NCBI GenBank assembly: GCA_020891255.1
Contig: BQFW01000002.1
Span: forward strand, 3,410,001 to 3,474,000
DNA: 64,000 nucleotides
Reading direction: 5' to 3'
Source: Entomortierella parvispora E1425
Taxonomy: Eukaryota > Fungi > Mortierellomycota
The position numbers were made by a program, and so were the translations under genes. This document shows, in pieces, positions 52,590-63,770 of the stretch. Positions within the stretch are counted from its first letter, which is position 1. Each line of letters starts with the position of its first letter. The notes beneath the pieces are model-generated. The model was not told the origin of the DNA and ran no database searches. It saw nothing but the letters and a program-made list of their open reading frames with translations.

Positions 52590-53480
52590 CTACTTGAGAA
52601 GAGCGGTGCCAAACTTCTCCTTGGCTGTCTGGTATGCTTGGATGAGGGTCTGCTCTGACAAAGGAACGTCCGAAAGGTTCTCTCTTGGTTTTGAGACGCG
52701 GGCCACAATTGCTGATGGGTCCGTCTCCAGCACAATTCTATAGGCACAAAGATGATAAAAAGTTCAGTGATACTGCAAATTTCTAAATCCATATAATGGT
52801 TCCAGTTTTTTCGAGACCAAAGGCAACAACGTGGTATTACCCCTCATCTATCGTCTCATCCAACGCCAACACAACAAGATCCAAGTTTTCCAAGATGACG
52901 CGCTTCGAGATTTGATGTCTGTTACAATAAGAGGCAAGATGCTGTCAGTTTCCATTCTAGAGTGGCTTCAATATAGGAGGATGTCGCCTCGACAAGATTC
53001 TTTACCTCAAGAGCATGGAGACAGCGTCCGAGAACGCGTTCAAGATGACAAGGAGCATGGCCTCGTTCTCTTCGGGCATACCAACAATGTAGAAGAAAAC
53101 ATCCTCATGGAAGCGGTAGAGAACAACCTGGTTATCGAAAAGAATAATCTCTCCTGTAATAGCCGAGCAAAAGTGGTCGACGGGGACGATAAAAAAAAAA
53201 AAGAGTCAGCTTCCGATTCCTTTTCCGTAGAGTCCACCCGGAAGACACAGTCCAGAGTCGCAAGAAAAGAGCAAAGAAAAGGCACGCGCTGATGTCAGCA
53301 AATGTCTCCTGATTCTTTACCATGAGGGGAGCGCTTGGTCTTGTCGTAAAGACCCTTCTCGAAAGCCTTCTGGTCCTTGGCCGAAGCGTAATCCTGGCCA
53401 AAGTACTTTGCGAGCACACGACCACCCTCGCTGTCGAGCATGACTACGGCTTTGACGGTGTAAAGAGTGAGGTTGACCAT
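52590..53480 (-). CDS. RET3: Coatomer subunit zeta (COPZ)
   Basis: LYTVKAVVMLDSEGGRVLAKYF..KDQKAFEKGLYDKTKR|GEIILFDNQVVLYR..VFFYIVG..EENEAMLL..ILENLDLVVL..IVLETDPSAIVARV..LSEQTLIQAYQTAKEK; stop TAG 52592-52590. Confidence 0.95.
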
Positions 53481-53782
53481 GGTGGTTTGGATGACAATAA
53501 ACGCAGGAAAGGTTGAAAAGAGCGATCGGTTGGATGCAGTCGGCTGTGGTTGATGGTTTGTCCTTGAAAAAGCACGCGTCTGGCTATAGGTCAAGTTGGG
53601 TCCTTTGTTGTTCCTGGCGGAGGATCGAGTGATGCAAGGTCGAAGCAAAAAAGAGATGGGAGCAGATGAATGAATTTAAGATGAGAAATAATCATGCGAC
53701 GTGGAAGGGAGCGAGAGCGCAGAGCGCAGGGCGAATTGATTCATTAAGGGGTGCACGGTTTTTTGGTGCCTTGCACGTCACT

Positions 53783-53804
53783 TGCATGCATGCATGCATG
53801 CATG
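53783..53804. repeat. (TGCA)n palindromic tetranucleotide repeat in the RET3 / Spo73-like divergent promoter
   Basis: tgcatgcatgcatgcatgcatg read directly. Confidence 0.9.
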
Positions 53805-53821
53805 TCTTTCTCTTTGTCGCC

Positions 53822-55523
53822 ATGTCCACCCCCATCACCGCCGGAATGAGCTCCGACTCTTCCAAGCAGGACGTCCTGCAACTAGAGATATCAAGAACCG
53901 AAACAGCGTCTGCTACCGAAGGTATCCTCCGCTCGCGCGACCTCGACACTGAACACGGCTCGCACCAGCATGTTTCAGGAAGAGGATCTGTCGACAAGGC
54001 CATCGCCGGCGCCACTACTACCTCTGCGGCAAACCCTACCGATGCGGTGACCAGCGCCTTTGAAATCATACAACTTTCAGGGGAAGAAGCGCGGGCCGAG
54101 CAGGAGCGTGCAGCCGAGAAGATCAGGCTAAAGACCCGGCCCATGACAAAATTCAACACGATCCGCCGTAATATTAACCAGGCACTGCACCACGATGAGC
54201 CAGGTTCAGGATTGGAACCGAGCGAGGCTGCTAACTTGCAGTCTCAAACAGTTTCCCCCGAGATTTCCTATGAAAGTTCCGACTTCAATCTACAGGAGGA
54301 CCCAGCTTCTGGACTTCCTGTTGATCACACCACCGCCAATGACCATCAGCAACCGCCGTTATCGGATCAAGAAGAAGACGCTACCCCCAAGAAAGACTCA
54401 AAGCTCATCAGCATCGAACCGCCTCGACTTGTGGATGCGGAAACAGCCCCCGGAGACTCGCGTTATTTTCAAGGGCCAAAAGATCCTCCCCCCGAAGGCG
54501 ACTTTGTGTACGACTTCTTATATCAACATGAACGAGGAGCATTCTTTCTGGGAACGCCTAATTTCAGCTCCAAGTCCCTCCTACCGGTTGACCCAGACGA
54601 ATGGACAAACAGCAACTTTGAAACTTCGGCCATGGATGTTTCCGATTTCGAGGTCCCTGATCCTAGCTGGGAGTGGGTCCACAAAAGCTGGCTCGTGGAT
54701 ATGACTGGAGATGTCGATGAGGATGGCTGGGAGTATGCCATGACATTCCATGGATCGCCTTGGCATGGAAACTATGAAGTGTTTCGATCATTTGCTAGGA
54801 GAAGACGATGGCTTCGACTCCGGAAACGGAAGGTACGTATCCCTTAATTCTTTGACTGACCACGAGTTACAAGGGAGACCAGTATGGAATGTGAACCTCA
54901 CCAGGGAAATTCATCGAAATAGGGCAAAACACTAGGAAAGCCAGAAAGGTTGCCTGGGCGATCATACCCAGAATCCATCAACTCGGCCACATGGTCTAAG
55001 CTGGATATTTCCCGGTACCTGGACCAACCATCGCCCTTCCCAGATGGAGAGATTGAAGACAAGAGCTCCATGAAGAAGGCGCCCAGCAGCATGGCCGGGC
55101 CGAGTAACCTTTCTGTACCAGCTCCCTACAGAAAACCAGTGGATCTCTACAAGATTATGAAAAAAGGCCGATCCGACAGAGAAAAGCTTGCCTACCTGGC
55201 ACAGTACGTTGTTCGGTACCCAGGCGAAACAGACGATATTGATCAACGACTGGAGAAGTACCTGAATCTGCTGGACTATGAAACTTCTCGTCGCGAGTTT
55301 TTATCGGTAAGTTTTTATCTCTGTCGAGCCCAAGTGCTACCAGAACACGGAGCAAACCTGACCGACCTCTACATTGTCCCAACCCTTTAACCTTACTTAG
55401 GTGATGAGTGCTTATGGACGCAAGGAAAGTCTCGCCCACGGTGCGGATCAATTGCAATTCTATTCGGACCAGCGCTTGCTCTCATCGGCAAAAGTTGTCT
55501 CACCTTCACGGATGCACTCTTGA
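53822..55523 (+). CDS. Dysferlin (DysF/Pex24-type) domain protein, Spo73/Mug65-like
   Basis: LYQHERGAFFLGTPNFSSKSLLPVDPDEWT..VPDPSWEWVHKSWLVDMTGDVDEDGWEY..WHG..RSFARRRRWLRLR, followed by spliced exons with SDREKLAYL and LQFYSD; stop TGA 55521-55523. Confidence 0.8.
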
Positions 55524-57222
55524 CTTCCAAGAAGCACCTATCTAGTATAACTCTATATACCACCATCTTCAACTGGATGAACGACAAGACCCCAAGACAA
55601 ATAAATACGGTTGTCAGACCACTTCAGGACCAATGCAAACCTACATTGGCTTGAACTCTAACATTGAGGCATCGCTCCCGAGGATTGTTGACTACCACCT
55701 CTGTTTCCGCCTTGCCGGGAGTCCTACCTAGTCTTCCCCCCGTTTAATAAGGCCACGAAAGGAGTATCACCAATGCTTAAAAGAGATACCCTGTAGATCC
55801 TAGCGTGTCCTACATCCTGCCTTCCGTTCTTTTTTTTTTTTTCGGTCTGTTTTATTCCGGCGGCAAATAGACCTTATTTCTAGAAATATTTTCCGTTTAG
55901 CACTTTTCTTGCAACTCGATGTAGATCCGTTTCTGCGCACACAGTCGTCCTTGATAGACAGATGGTAGGCACAATCGCGAGAGATAGGCAATACATCCTA
56001 CCGAAATAAGAGACGCGTTTTGGTCTCCTACGATTTTTTTCTAGTAGGAAGGCCACGCCCAGCTGATAACGTTCCTATCGAGTATCTTTGTGTTTGTGTT
56101 CAATTATGAATGATTTGCGTTTGATTGCAATTTCGAGAGGGAGAGGCATGCCCTGGATTTACACTTTTGAATATGGTTTCTCAGACCGGCAAAACGAAAG
56201 AAATGGAAGGAAAAACAACAGATTTTGGGTGCCAGACCAGGTAAAGGGCTCTCACAGATTTGAAGCAAACAGAAATCCCGGCGAACTCAATTCTCCCTCC
56301 TTTCCCTCTCCACACGACTTGCGCGCAGAAACTTGTTGTTATTGTTTCTCATTCTTTAACGCTGAACTCCGGGATCGCCTCTTTTCCACTCTTTTTTTTT
56401 TTTTTCTTTTTATCTTTTCAATGTCCCTTCAACTCTCTTTTCGTTTTTGCCGGCAATGGAGATGGGGTGTATCAAAAAAAATGGGTTTGGTATCTCCATG
56501 TTAATATGATTGCATTTTCATATTCGGTTTCGCTTATATTGATGGGAGAGGTCCATCTCCTTTGTGTTGTACCCCTGTCTCCCTTTCCTGTTCCTCATTT
56601 CCTCTGGGTTCATTTCCAGTTCAGAGATCCTCGTGTGCAGCCTCGTCTCATTATTGCATACCAGAGCCATGGGATTTCACCCTCGTTTCCTGACGATTTC
56701 GACAACAGTGATATTGAGGTCTCCCCGTGGCAATGAGTTTTCTAAAAGTACCACCTGCACGCCGCTCTTCATAGCGAGAGGTCCCGTTCCTATGGCTCGG
56801 TCAGCAACAGCTTCTTTGTGACTAGGGCGGTTTTCAGCACATCAGTTGCTCACTGCGACAACGACTTCAATTTTTTTTTTTGAGTTGTATTGGCAATGGA
56901 GTTGTAAGCAGCTGTTCTTTCTGGTCAGGTCATCCTGTTGGTCAATAGACACTGAACTTTGAGAGAGCACCTTGGGAACTAAGTAGCAAAAGGCAGGTAT
57001 CTTCTTTCTGTGTTGATAGACGAAAGAAACTACCGCGCTCATACTCGCGCACCCCCCATAACACCGTTCACCGAGAAGGAGAGAGGAGGTCATACCCAGG
57101 CGAGAGAGCAATTGAGACCGAACATGAATAAATAGTAGGAGTGTTCCCTCGGTTTTCTGATCTTTATCAACCCTCTCAGATCCCCTTCCAACACCTACCC
57201 TACTCCACCTCTTTTTTCAAAA

Positions 57223-58405
57223 ATGATGATGATGAAAACCACCCTTGTCGCCACCGCCTTGGCTTGCTTGTCTGCCATGACTGCCCAGGCCCACGTTGGT
57301 CTCAGCAACCCCTGCGGCCGTTACCAGCCTAACGCTGGATGCCCCGCTCCCCCACGTAAATAACATGAAATACAGGCTAATTGGCCAACTGCAGGCGCTT
57401 GGAGTATTTTCATCGACGATCATCACGTCTTTTGTTCAAGGATACTTACTGACAATCCATTCTCCTTTTTCTATTGTCATAGCCGGCCAGGGCGTCGATT
57501 ACGATATCAACTCTCCCATTGGAACCCAGCAGTCTATCAACGCCCCCATCTGCAAGGTACGTTCATCACTCCCTCCTCCCCCCCCCCCAAAGAATCTTGT
57601 TGAAAAAAAAAAAATTCAAAAGAAACTCTAGGTTAAGTAATTCAATCGTTCCTTTTGACATCTCTAGCACACCGTCCCCTACACCACCCGCACAGTCTAC
57701 AAGGCCGGTGATACCATCAACACTGGCTACTCTGTCGGCGCCTCCCACGGCGGTGGACATTGTCAGTGGGCTCTTTCTTATGACGATGGCAAGACCTGGG
57801 TTGTCATCAAGACCATGATCCGCGACTGCTTGAAGGGCGTCAACGGTGGTGACAGCTACTCTGTCCCCGTCCAAATCCCCAAGGATGCTCCTTCGGGCAA
57901 GGTCACCTTCCAGTGGATCTGGAACAACGCTATTGGCGCGCGTGAGATCTACTCCAACTGCGCTGATATCGAGATCAAGGGCCAAGATGGTGGCTCGGTC
58001 TCGGGTGTCGAGCCCCTCTTCGCCAACTATGGACCCAGCGCTCCTGCTATCCCCGAGTTCCCTAACCCCTCCGATGATGATAAGCACGAGTTGTTCTCTC
58101 AGAGAAAGGCCATCACCATCAAGGTCGCCGGTTCTGGTGGAAACCCCGCTCCTCAGTCCCCCAAGCCTACTTCCCAGCCCGCCCCTATGCCTACCTCCAA
58201 GCCTACCTCCATCCCCGTCCCCAAGCCTACCTCCATCCCCGTCCCCAAGCCTACCTCCAACCCCGCCCCCAAGCCTACCTCCAAGCCTGCCCCCAAACCC
58301 ACCTCCAAGCCCACCCCCACCCCCACCAAGAAGCCCACTCCCAAGCACCCCAGGCGTACCCACAGGGCTAGATACCACAAGGCTCAGCACAACCAGTGCA
58401 ACTAA
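57223..58405 (+). CDS. Secreted lytic polysaccharide monooxygenase, AA11-like (chitin-type), with Pro/Lys/Thr repeat tail
   Basis: Signal peptide ending AQA, then His (57292-57294) as mature residue 1; second His in SHGGGHCQ (57746-57748); [21 protein letters not shown] with Tyr at 57950-57952. Compare AA11 signatures HGGGSCQ and NREMYMNCA. Two introns. Confidence 0.85.
58160..58345 (+). repeat. Coding 24-nt tandem repeat (PKPTS-x-P-x units) in the LPMO tail
   Basis: Repeated cccaagcctacctcca units encoding [32 protein letters not shown]. Confidence 0.9.
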
Positions 58406-59004
58406 ATAGGGAAAAAAAGAATTGATCGTACTTCTTCCTCCCCTTTGTCTCTGATCGTGTCCATGTCCCTTTGAATAAACGCGCCCCGCCTTTGGACATG
58501 CGATCCGCTGGCGTGGTCGTTTTTCAATACCTACTCACCAATGCTTTTCCAAAGCACCATTTAACAATGATACATGTACCATCCTCAACTGCCCTGCGCG
58601 CTGTCAGCCTCCCCCAGCTTTCCTGAAATCGCGCACTTGAAGTCTTGGGGGAGAAAGGGGATGGGGGTTTGGTGAATCGTGTTTGATGAATGAACCCACC
58701 TCCACGCTTTGGAGGTCCAGCCTCAGATGACCTGAAGAGTGGTAAAGTCACTGATCCTCTCACTTAAAGACAATGGCATTGAGCTTTCCTTCTAATCAAT
58801 GACTGCATGTCGTGAGCATGCCTCACAGAGACAGAAGAGATGACTCTGCAGGGACCAGTGCAGAAAGAGCGAGAAAATCTGGGACCTAGTCCACAAGTTG
58901 CCCTTTTTTTTTGGGCGTGCTTCGCCCATGCCCCCATGGTCAATGGTTCAGGTCACGTGAAAAATCGATACAAAGGGCATTGACCGCAAATTTAATTGAG
59001 TGAA

Positions 59005-59295
59005 GGACTATGTGTAGTGTAATGGGAATTCAACCGCCTATGAAGCTGCACGCCTGGGTTCGAATCCGGGCTCGGGTCTAGACTTTACTCACCATTTGCT
59101 ATATACATACGTCTCTCCCCGGTATATAGGATGGCCTCTCGGGAGAGCTGTGAAGTTGGTACACATGCCCGTTGGTACGTGATACCCGTTGGTACGTCAT
59201 AACTGCGAAAAGCGGCGGCGTAGCATGCTCATGAAGGGGGAGTCTAGTCACCTGGAAAGGGTGGCTAGATTTCTTGCTCCAGGATACTTCTTTTT
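59005..59295 (+). ncRNA. Candidate Pol III structured RNA, copy B (tRNA-like head, hairpins, oligo-T end); family unknown
   Basis: Consensus A box TAGTGTAATGG 59015-59025 and B box GGTTCGAATCC 59057-59067 at tRNA-like spacing, but acceptor, D and anticodon stems do not pair. No T4 run until TTTTT at 59291-59295. Hairpins 59111-59148 and 59236-59275; colinear with 22645-22907. Confidence 0.62.
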
Positions 59296-60374
59296 CCTTT
59301 GCTTCTTGACAAAAAGGAAAAAAGAGAAAGCCTCGATTGAAGATCTTCAAGGTGTGATCCAAATGTTTGGTGGCGTCTTTTTTTTTTTTTTTTTTTTCTG
59401 TCTGGGCTCAACAGTGGGCATTGCGTTCAAAAAGTTGCAGGTGCATGCAATGCTGAATGCCGCCAGGAATGAATTAAAGTTGACCATTAGCATGGTTGTT
59501 GAGTTTTGCACTCTGCTTTCTGAGTTTTGAAAGTGGATACGGTGGGCACCGTTCGCTTTCACGCGCCTAAAGGGTGTTGAGGTGTTGAAAAAAGGAAGCG
59601 CAGCCGGCGCGGGGGAACCTTGTAGCGTTGGAATGGCCTGGACCCAGCGATATGAGGGAATCGCGCTCTGACCGCGACACTGGTGCTCAGGTCCTTCCCA
59701 ACGTTCGCGATGCTCTTTTTGCAGATGGACGGTCTCTGCTAGGAACGTCTCGCCGTTTTTGCCTTGTCCTCTTCTTTTCTTTACTTTTTTGAGCACCATA
59801 CCCAAAGCCCACGATCATCAACCCATAAAGATCAAGATAGTGTGAAGGATGTCCAGCTGTTGCAACAAAGCCTGACCCGGTCCCCAAGATCTCAGAGATC
59901 TGCAAAGAGTATCTATGGAAAATTGTCCGGAATTCTTTCGCGCTATACTCGAGTTCACGGGGAGGATGGGAAAAGGAGAGGGGAAGGGGGAGCGAGGAAG
60001 AGGTGCAGGAAAACGGAACAAGGATCAAAGAACGTGGAACGAGGGCTAAGAGTTAGCCAGAGGGATAGGAGATCATGGTTGAGAAGAAGGGAGAGGGGTG
60101 AAGGAAAGGAGTGGACGTGAGGAAGGGGGTGAAGAGGTAAGGGGAGAAAAGAGTGGAATGTGATGCATCTCAGAATGGGTCACGCAGCTTTGAGGGCACT
60201 GTCGCATGGAGCCGAGGTAAGCAGGGAGAGAGGTAAGGTGGCTGACTTGCAGGTTGCAGGAGTCCTTATTCTTGACGTCGACGTCCCTGGTCTCCACGCA
60301 CTCACCGGATGCTACTGATGATAGAATCTCGTTTATTGCAATAACAATACGTTCAAAATTGGATCAGACAACAA

Positions 60375-62257
60375 CTACGCACTCTCCGACTGGCCGCTTT
60401 CACCTGCAGCCGCAGCCGCAGCGGCGGCCGCTGCCATCTCAGCTTCCCTTCCTTCAATGGTCTCGCCCTTGATCGTATCAATGATATCGCCCTCAATGCT
60501 CAAGAAGCCCACTTGGTTGCAGACGCGAACTACTTCCTCTGCCAACTCGACGCTCATGTTGCCAAGAGACTTGTTCACATTCTCCAACGATCCAGAAATG
60601 ATGGCCTCCTGGAAATCCTCTGGAAGAGCCGCAAAAATCTCGTGAATCTTGGGATCGGCATCGGCTGGGGGTCCTGTGATATGGATCTGTGTGCCTGGAT
60701 CAGCAGCCTGAAGTTGGATCGTTTCTACACCAGCAGGGGAAGCAATCTCAGGACGCTCCTGTGCCATGACGTTGCATCGTTCCTTGATTCGGTTGTATGT
60801 GTCCTTCCAGTCATTTTGGAAAATCTTCAGTGCTGCGTGAGAGTTGTCACGAATTCTATTGTGGTTAACATAAAAAGTTGAAAGATGTCAGTGTCAAGCA
60901 ATCCCTGTCCTCACTTGCCTTCCTATTGTTCCTCTCTCGTCTCCATGTCTTTCATCGAATCCACGAGCGTGTTATTATTTTTACCTGTGGAAAAAGAGAC
61001 CGACGCCATCCTTGCCCAACTGTGCGCAGTACTGCAAGATGAGGGCCTGGTGGACACAGTTGGAGGCATAGGCCTCATCGCCCTGGATTTGCGACTTGAA
61101 CGCCTGCGCCATAATTTCGTCCGAGTACTTTTGAGTGGCGAGATAGGGATGCTTGGAAATGTAGACCAAGGATGCGTCAAAACCCTTGGTGTGTGAGAAC
61201 TCCATTGCCGTCTGCGACACTTCGACTTCATCATCGTCGGAATCATCCGAATCAGCACTTGCGCTGCTTGCTGCTGCGGCCTTTGACTTTTCAGCGGCAG
61301 AAACTCCTCCCTAGGATAATAAGAGACGTGTCTTGGTTGGTACAAAAATATGATGTGATGCCTCCATTGGATGCACTTTTCTAGCAGTTACTTACAGCGC
61401 TTCCAGGGTTAAGAGTCTCAATCACTTTGGTCTTCTCAACAACCTTCTTTGGCTGCTTGACGGGCTCCTTGGGCGCAGGGGTGGCTTTGGTGACAGCCTA
61501 TGGAACAGCAGATCCATTTGAAAAAGAAAATACTAGTTAGTGAACGATTCGATCTCCACTGACGTTGTTCCAGTCGCTTGTGCCCTTTTCCTTGTAATCA
61601 CTAGAAAGCATGCGAAGATGGCATTGGGAGGGGGGGGGGGCAACCTACCGTCTTGTCAAATCCAGTGACGAGCTTGTCAGAGGTGAACTTTCTCTTCTCG
61701 ACCGTCTCCAACTTCTGCAACTGCTGAACAGTCTCTCTGTACTTCTTTTCGAGGTTGTCGATTTCAGCGTCGATTTGATCTTCAGTCTGAGCGTTTTCGA
61801 CCATAGAAGAGCTACTCTGTTGTATCCTGCCAAGCTGCTTCTTTAACGCCTCTGCCTCATGCTTCAAAGCCAAGATCTTTGTCCTGCGAGCATCGCGCTC
61901 GCGATGGAGCTGCTCCTGCTTCCATCGGATCATGGAGCGCTTGTCAACCTAGAGTACAAAATAGAGTCCACCCAAGATCGTTAGTCCATATGGTCTTGTT
62001 TAGGAGAGGTGCGGAAGTCTGGGGCAAATAATCAAAAGCCGTGGCGTAGGTATGCAGCAATATAAATCCTCCGCAGTTGGGGTTTGACTTGCTGCATACC
62101 CATCCAATATTGACAACACGCCTTGCAGTAAAAACCCAAACAATAGCGACACAAAGAATGAAAGAGAGAGCGATGGTCGTACGTTAGGATGGCATTCAAT
62201 GTCCGAGTCATCCGAGACCTCAAAGTCGTCCCATTTGGAGTAGTCGATGGCAGACAT
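60375..62257 (-). CDS. CDC37: Hsp90 kinase co-chaperone Cdc37
   Basis: MSAIDYSKWDDFEVSDDSDIECHPN (CK2-site SDD motif)|..MIRWKQEQLHRER..; middle domain YASNCVHQALILQYCAQLGKDGVGLFF; C-terminal KIHEIFAALPEDFQEAIISGSLENVNKSLGNMSVELAEEVV. Confidence 0.96.
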
Positions 62258-62360
62258 GGCTTGTCTTGTGAATCGTGATGGGTAAGGATGGAGTGGGAGG
62301 GGATGGGGTTGGATTGAAGTAAAGAACAATGGTTGCAACACAGATGCACCTTCGCGCAAA

Positions 62361-62380
62361 AGAATAATCTCGAAATCTCG
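62361..62380. promoter_or_regulatory. Imperfect heat-shock element upstream of CDC37
   Basis: Four in-phase alternating pentamers aGAAt-aATCt-cGAAa-tCTCg (two mismatches to nGAAn/nTTCn), 105-125 bp upstream of the ATG. Confidence 0.4.
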
Positions 62381-62612
62381 AAGTAAGTCACGTGCACTGC
62401 ACCAGCCCCTTTGGGTCAGATGGACGGAGCGCGTCTTTCTCTCCTTTCGCAAAAGATCAGATCCCCGTTCTTCCTGGCACCCACCCGTCCTGTTCCTTCA
62501 GGTCTCGATCAAGTAAAGGATGCGCGTGGTGTATTGCCCAGTTGCTCAGTCAATGAACGGGTCCTCTTCTCTTTTATTTTATCCCTCAATTAAGAGCTCG
62601 TTCAGTTCGCTC

Positions 62613-62640
62613 GACAGACAGACAGACAGACAGACAGACA
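62613..62640. repeat. (GACA)n microsatellite
   Basis: About 7 units read directly. Confidence 0.95.
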
Positions 62641-63770
62641 TCGGACTTTGAGTTGAACTGCACTGACACTGCACTGCACAGCATGGTTGCACTGGGGAGG
62701 GGCATCGCGCCTCACGATGAATCCGCTGGAGCCAGGCAGACAGCCAGACAGTCAGACAATTACCTGGCTGGGCTCTCGCACCGCAACGATTGTTTTCCAT
62801 CCGCTTCGATCTCTGCTCGGTGCGGTTCTGCTCTCGAAATTGTCAGTCTATTTTCATCTTTCCGTCGCAGTCGCAGTCGCCCTGCTGGTGCCTGGAGTGG
62901 AGAGACAGGAAGAAGGGAAAGAACAGAAAGAACAGAAAGACAATCGGTCCTCCTTCTCCTTCTCCCTTCCTTCTTTTCTTTCCTTCTTTCGCTTGATTGA
63001 ATTCCTTCATTTCACCCCCTACCCCATCTCTCAATTCATCTTCCGAGTGGGCATGTCCCTTTTGTAACGACCCAACCACAACCCCCTTGCTTGTTCGTAT
63101 GTGATGACATCGTACGACTCACGACCCCATTTTATGACATAGACCTCTTTCTTTTTATTCTCTTACGACCTCGGCCTTTTCTTCTTGACCGACCCTTTTT
63201 TTTAAGCCCTTCCCTGCGTTCATATCTCGTTCTGATCTGCATTCTCCCCTCTGTTTGCTGTTCGACCGCCTGCCCTTTGACAGCACCACTCCACACCTCC
63301 GTCAGACACACGCAACAAAGTGGTTTTTGAGGAGAGCAGCAGCATTGCACCATTGACGTGTTTCTTCTCCTTGCCTTGTGCTTTTCCCTTCCTTGTTTGT
63401 GCCCAGAGGGTCGATAATCCTCCGCTGTGCCTTTGCCTTCCTGCAATTGCTCTAACAAACAGCCTCCGCTTGGCTCGTGAAGTGGACGCACGTTCATCTT
63501 CCCACTGACACGCGGATCTCCATCAAAAAGAAACAAAGCGTCCTTCCCTTCCCTTCCCTTCCCTTCTTCCCTTACTTGCTGCATCTATCTATCCCCCACC
63601 CATCCACTGCCACCCGCCTCTTCTTCTTCTTCTTCCCCTCCCTCTTTCCCCCCCCCTTTTTTTCCATCCCACCTTTGTCCAACCTCTTTATTCTTTTCCT
63701 CTCCACATTTCAATCCATCTCAAAAAGAACCCCTCATTACATCCTTGGCATCCACTCTTCTTTGCTTCCA

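Noticed and set aside
7332-58390. Long antisense or alternate-frame ORFs (7332-8027, 14660-15262, 20422-20946, 29200-29592, 57566-58390 and others)
   Set aside because: Shadows of real GC-rich or repetitive coding exons; no independent motifs.
59005-59078. Functional tRNA (His-ATG or Gln-like)
   Set aside because: Acceptor, D and anticodon stems have multiple mismatches, the T stem has a G-G mismatch and there is no nearby terminator. Kept only as the head of a longer element.
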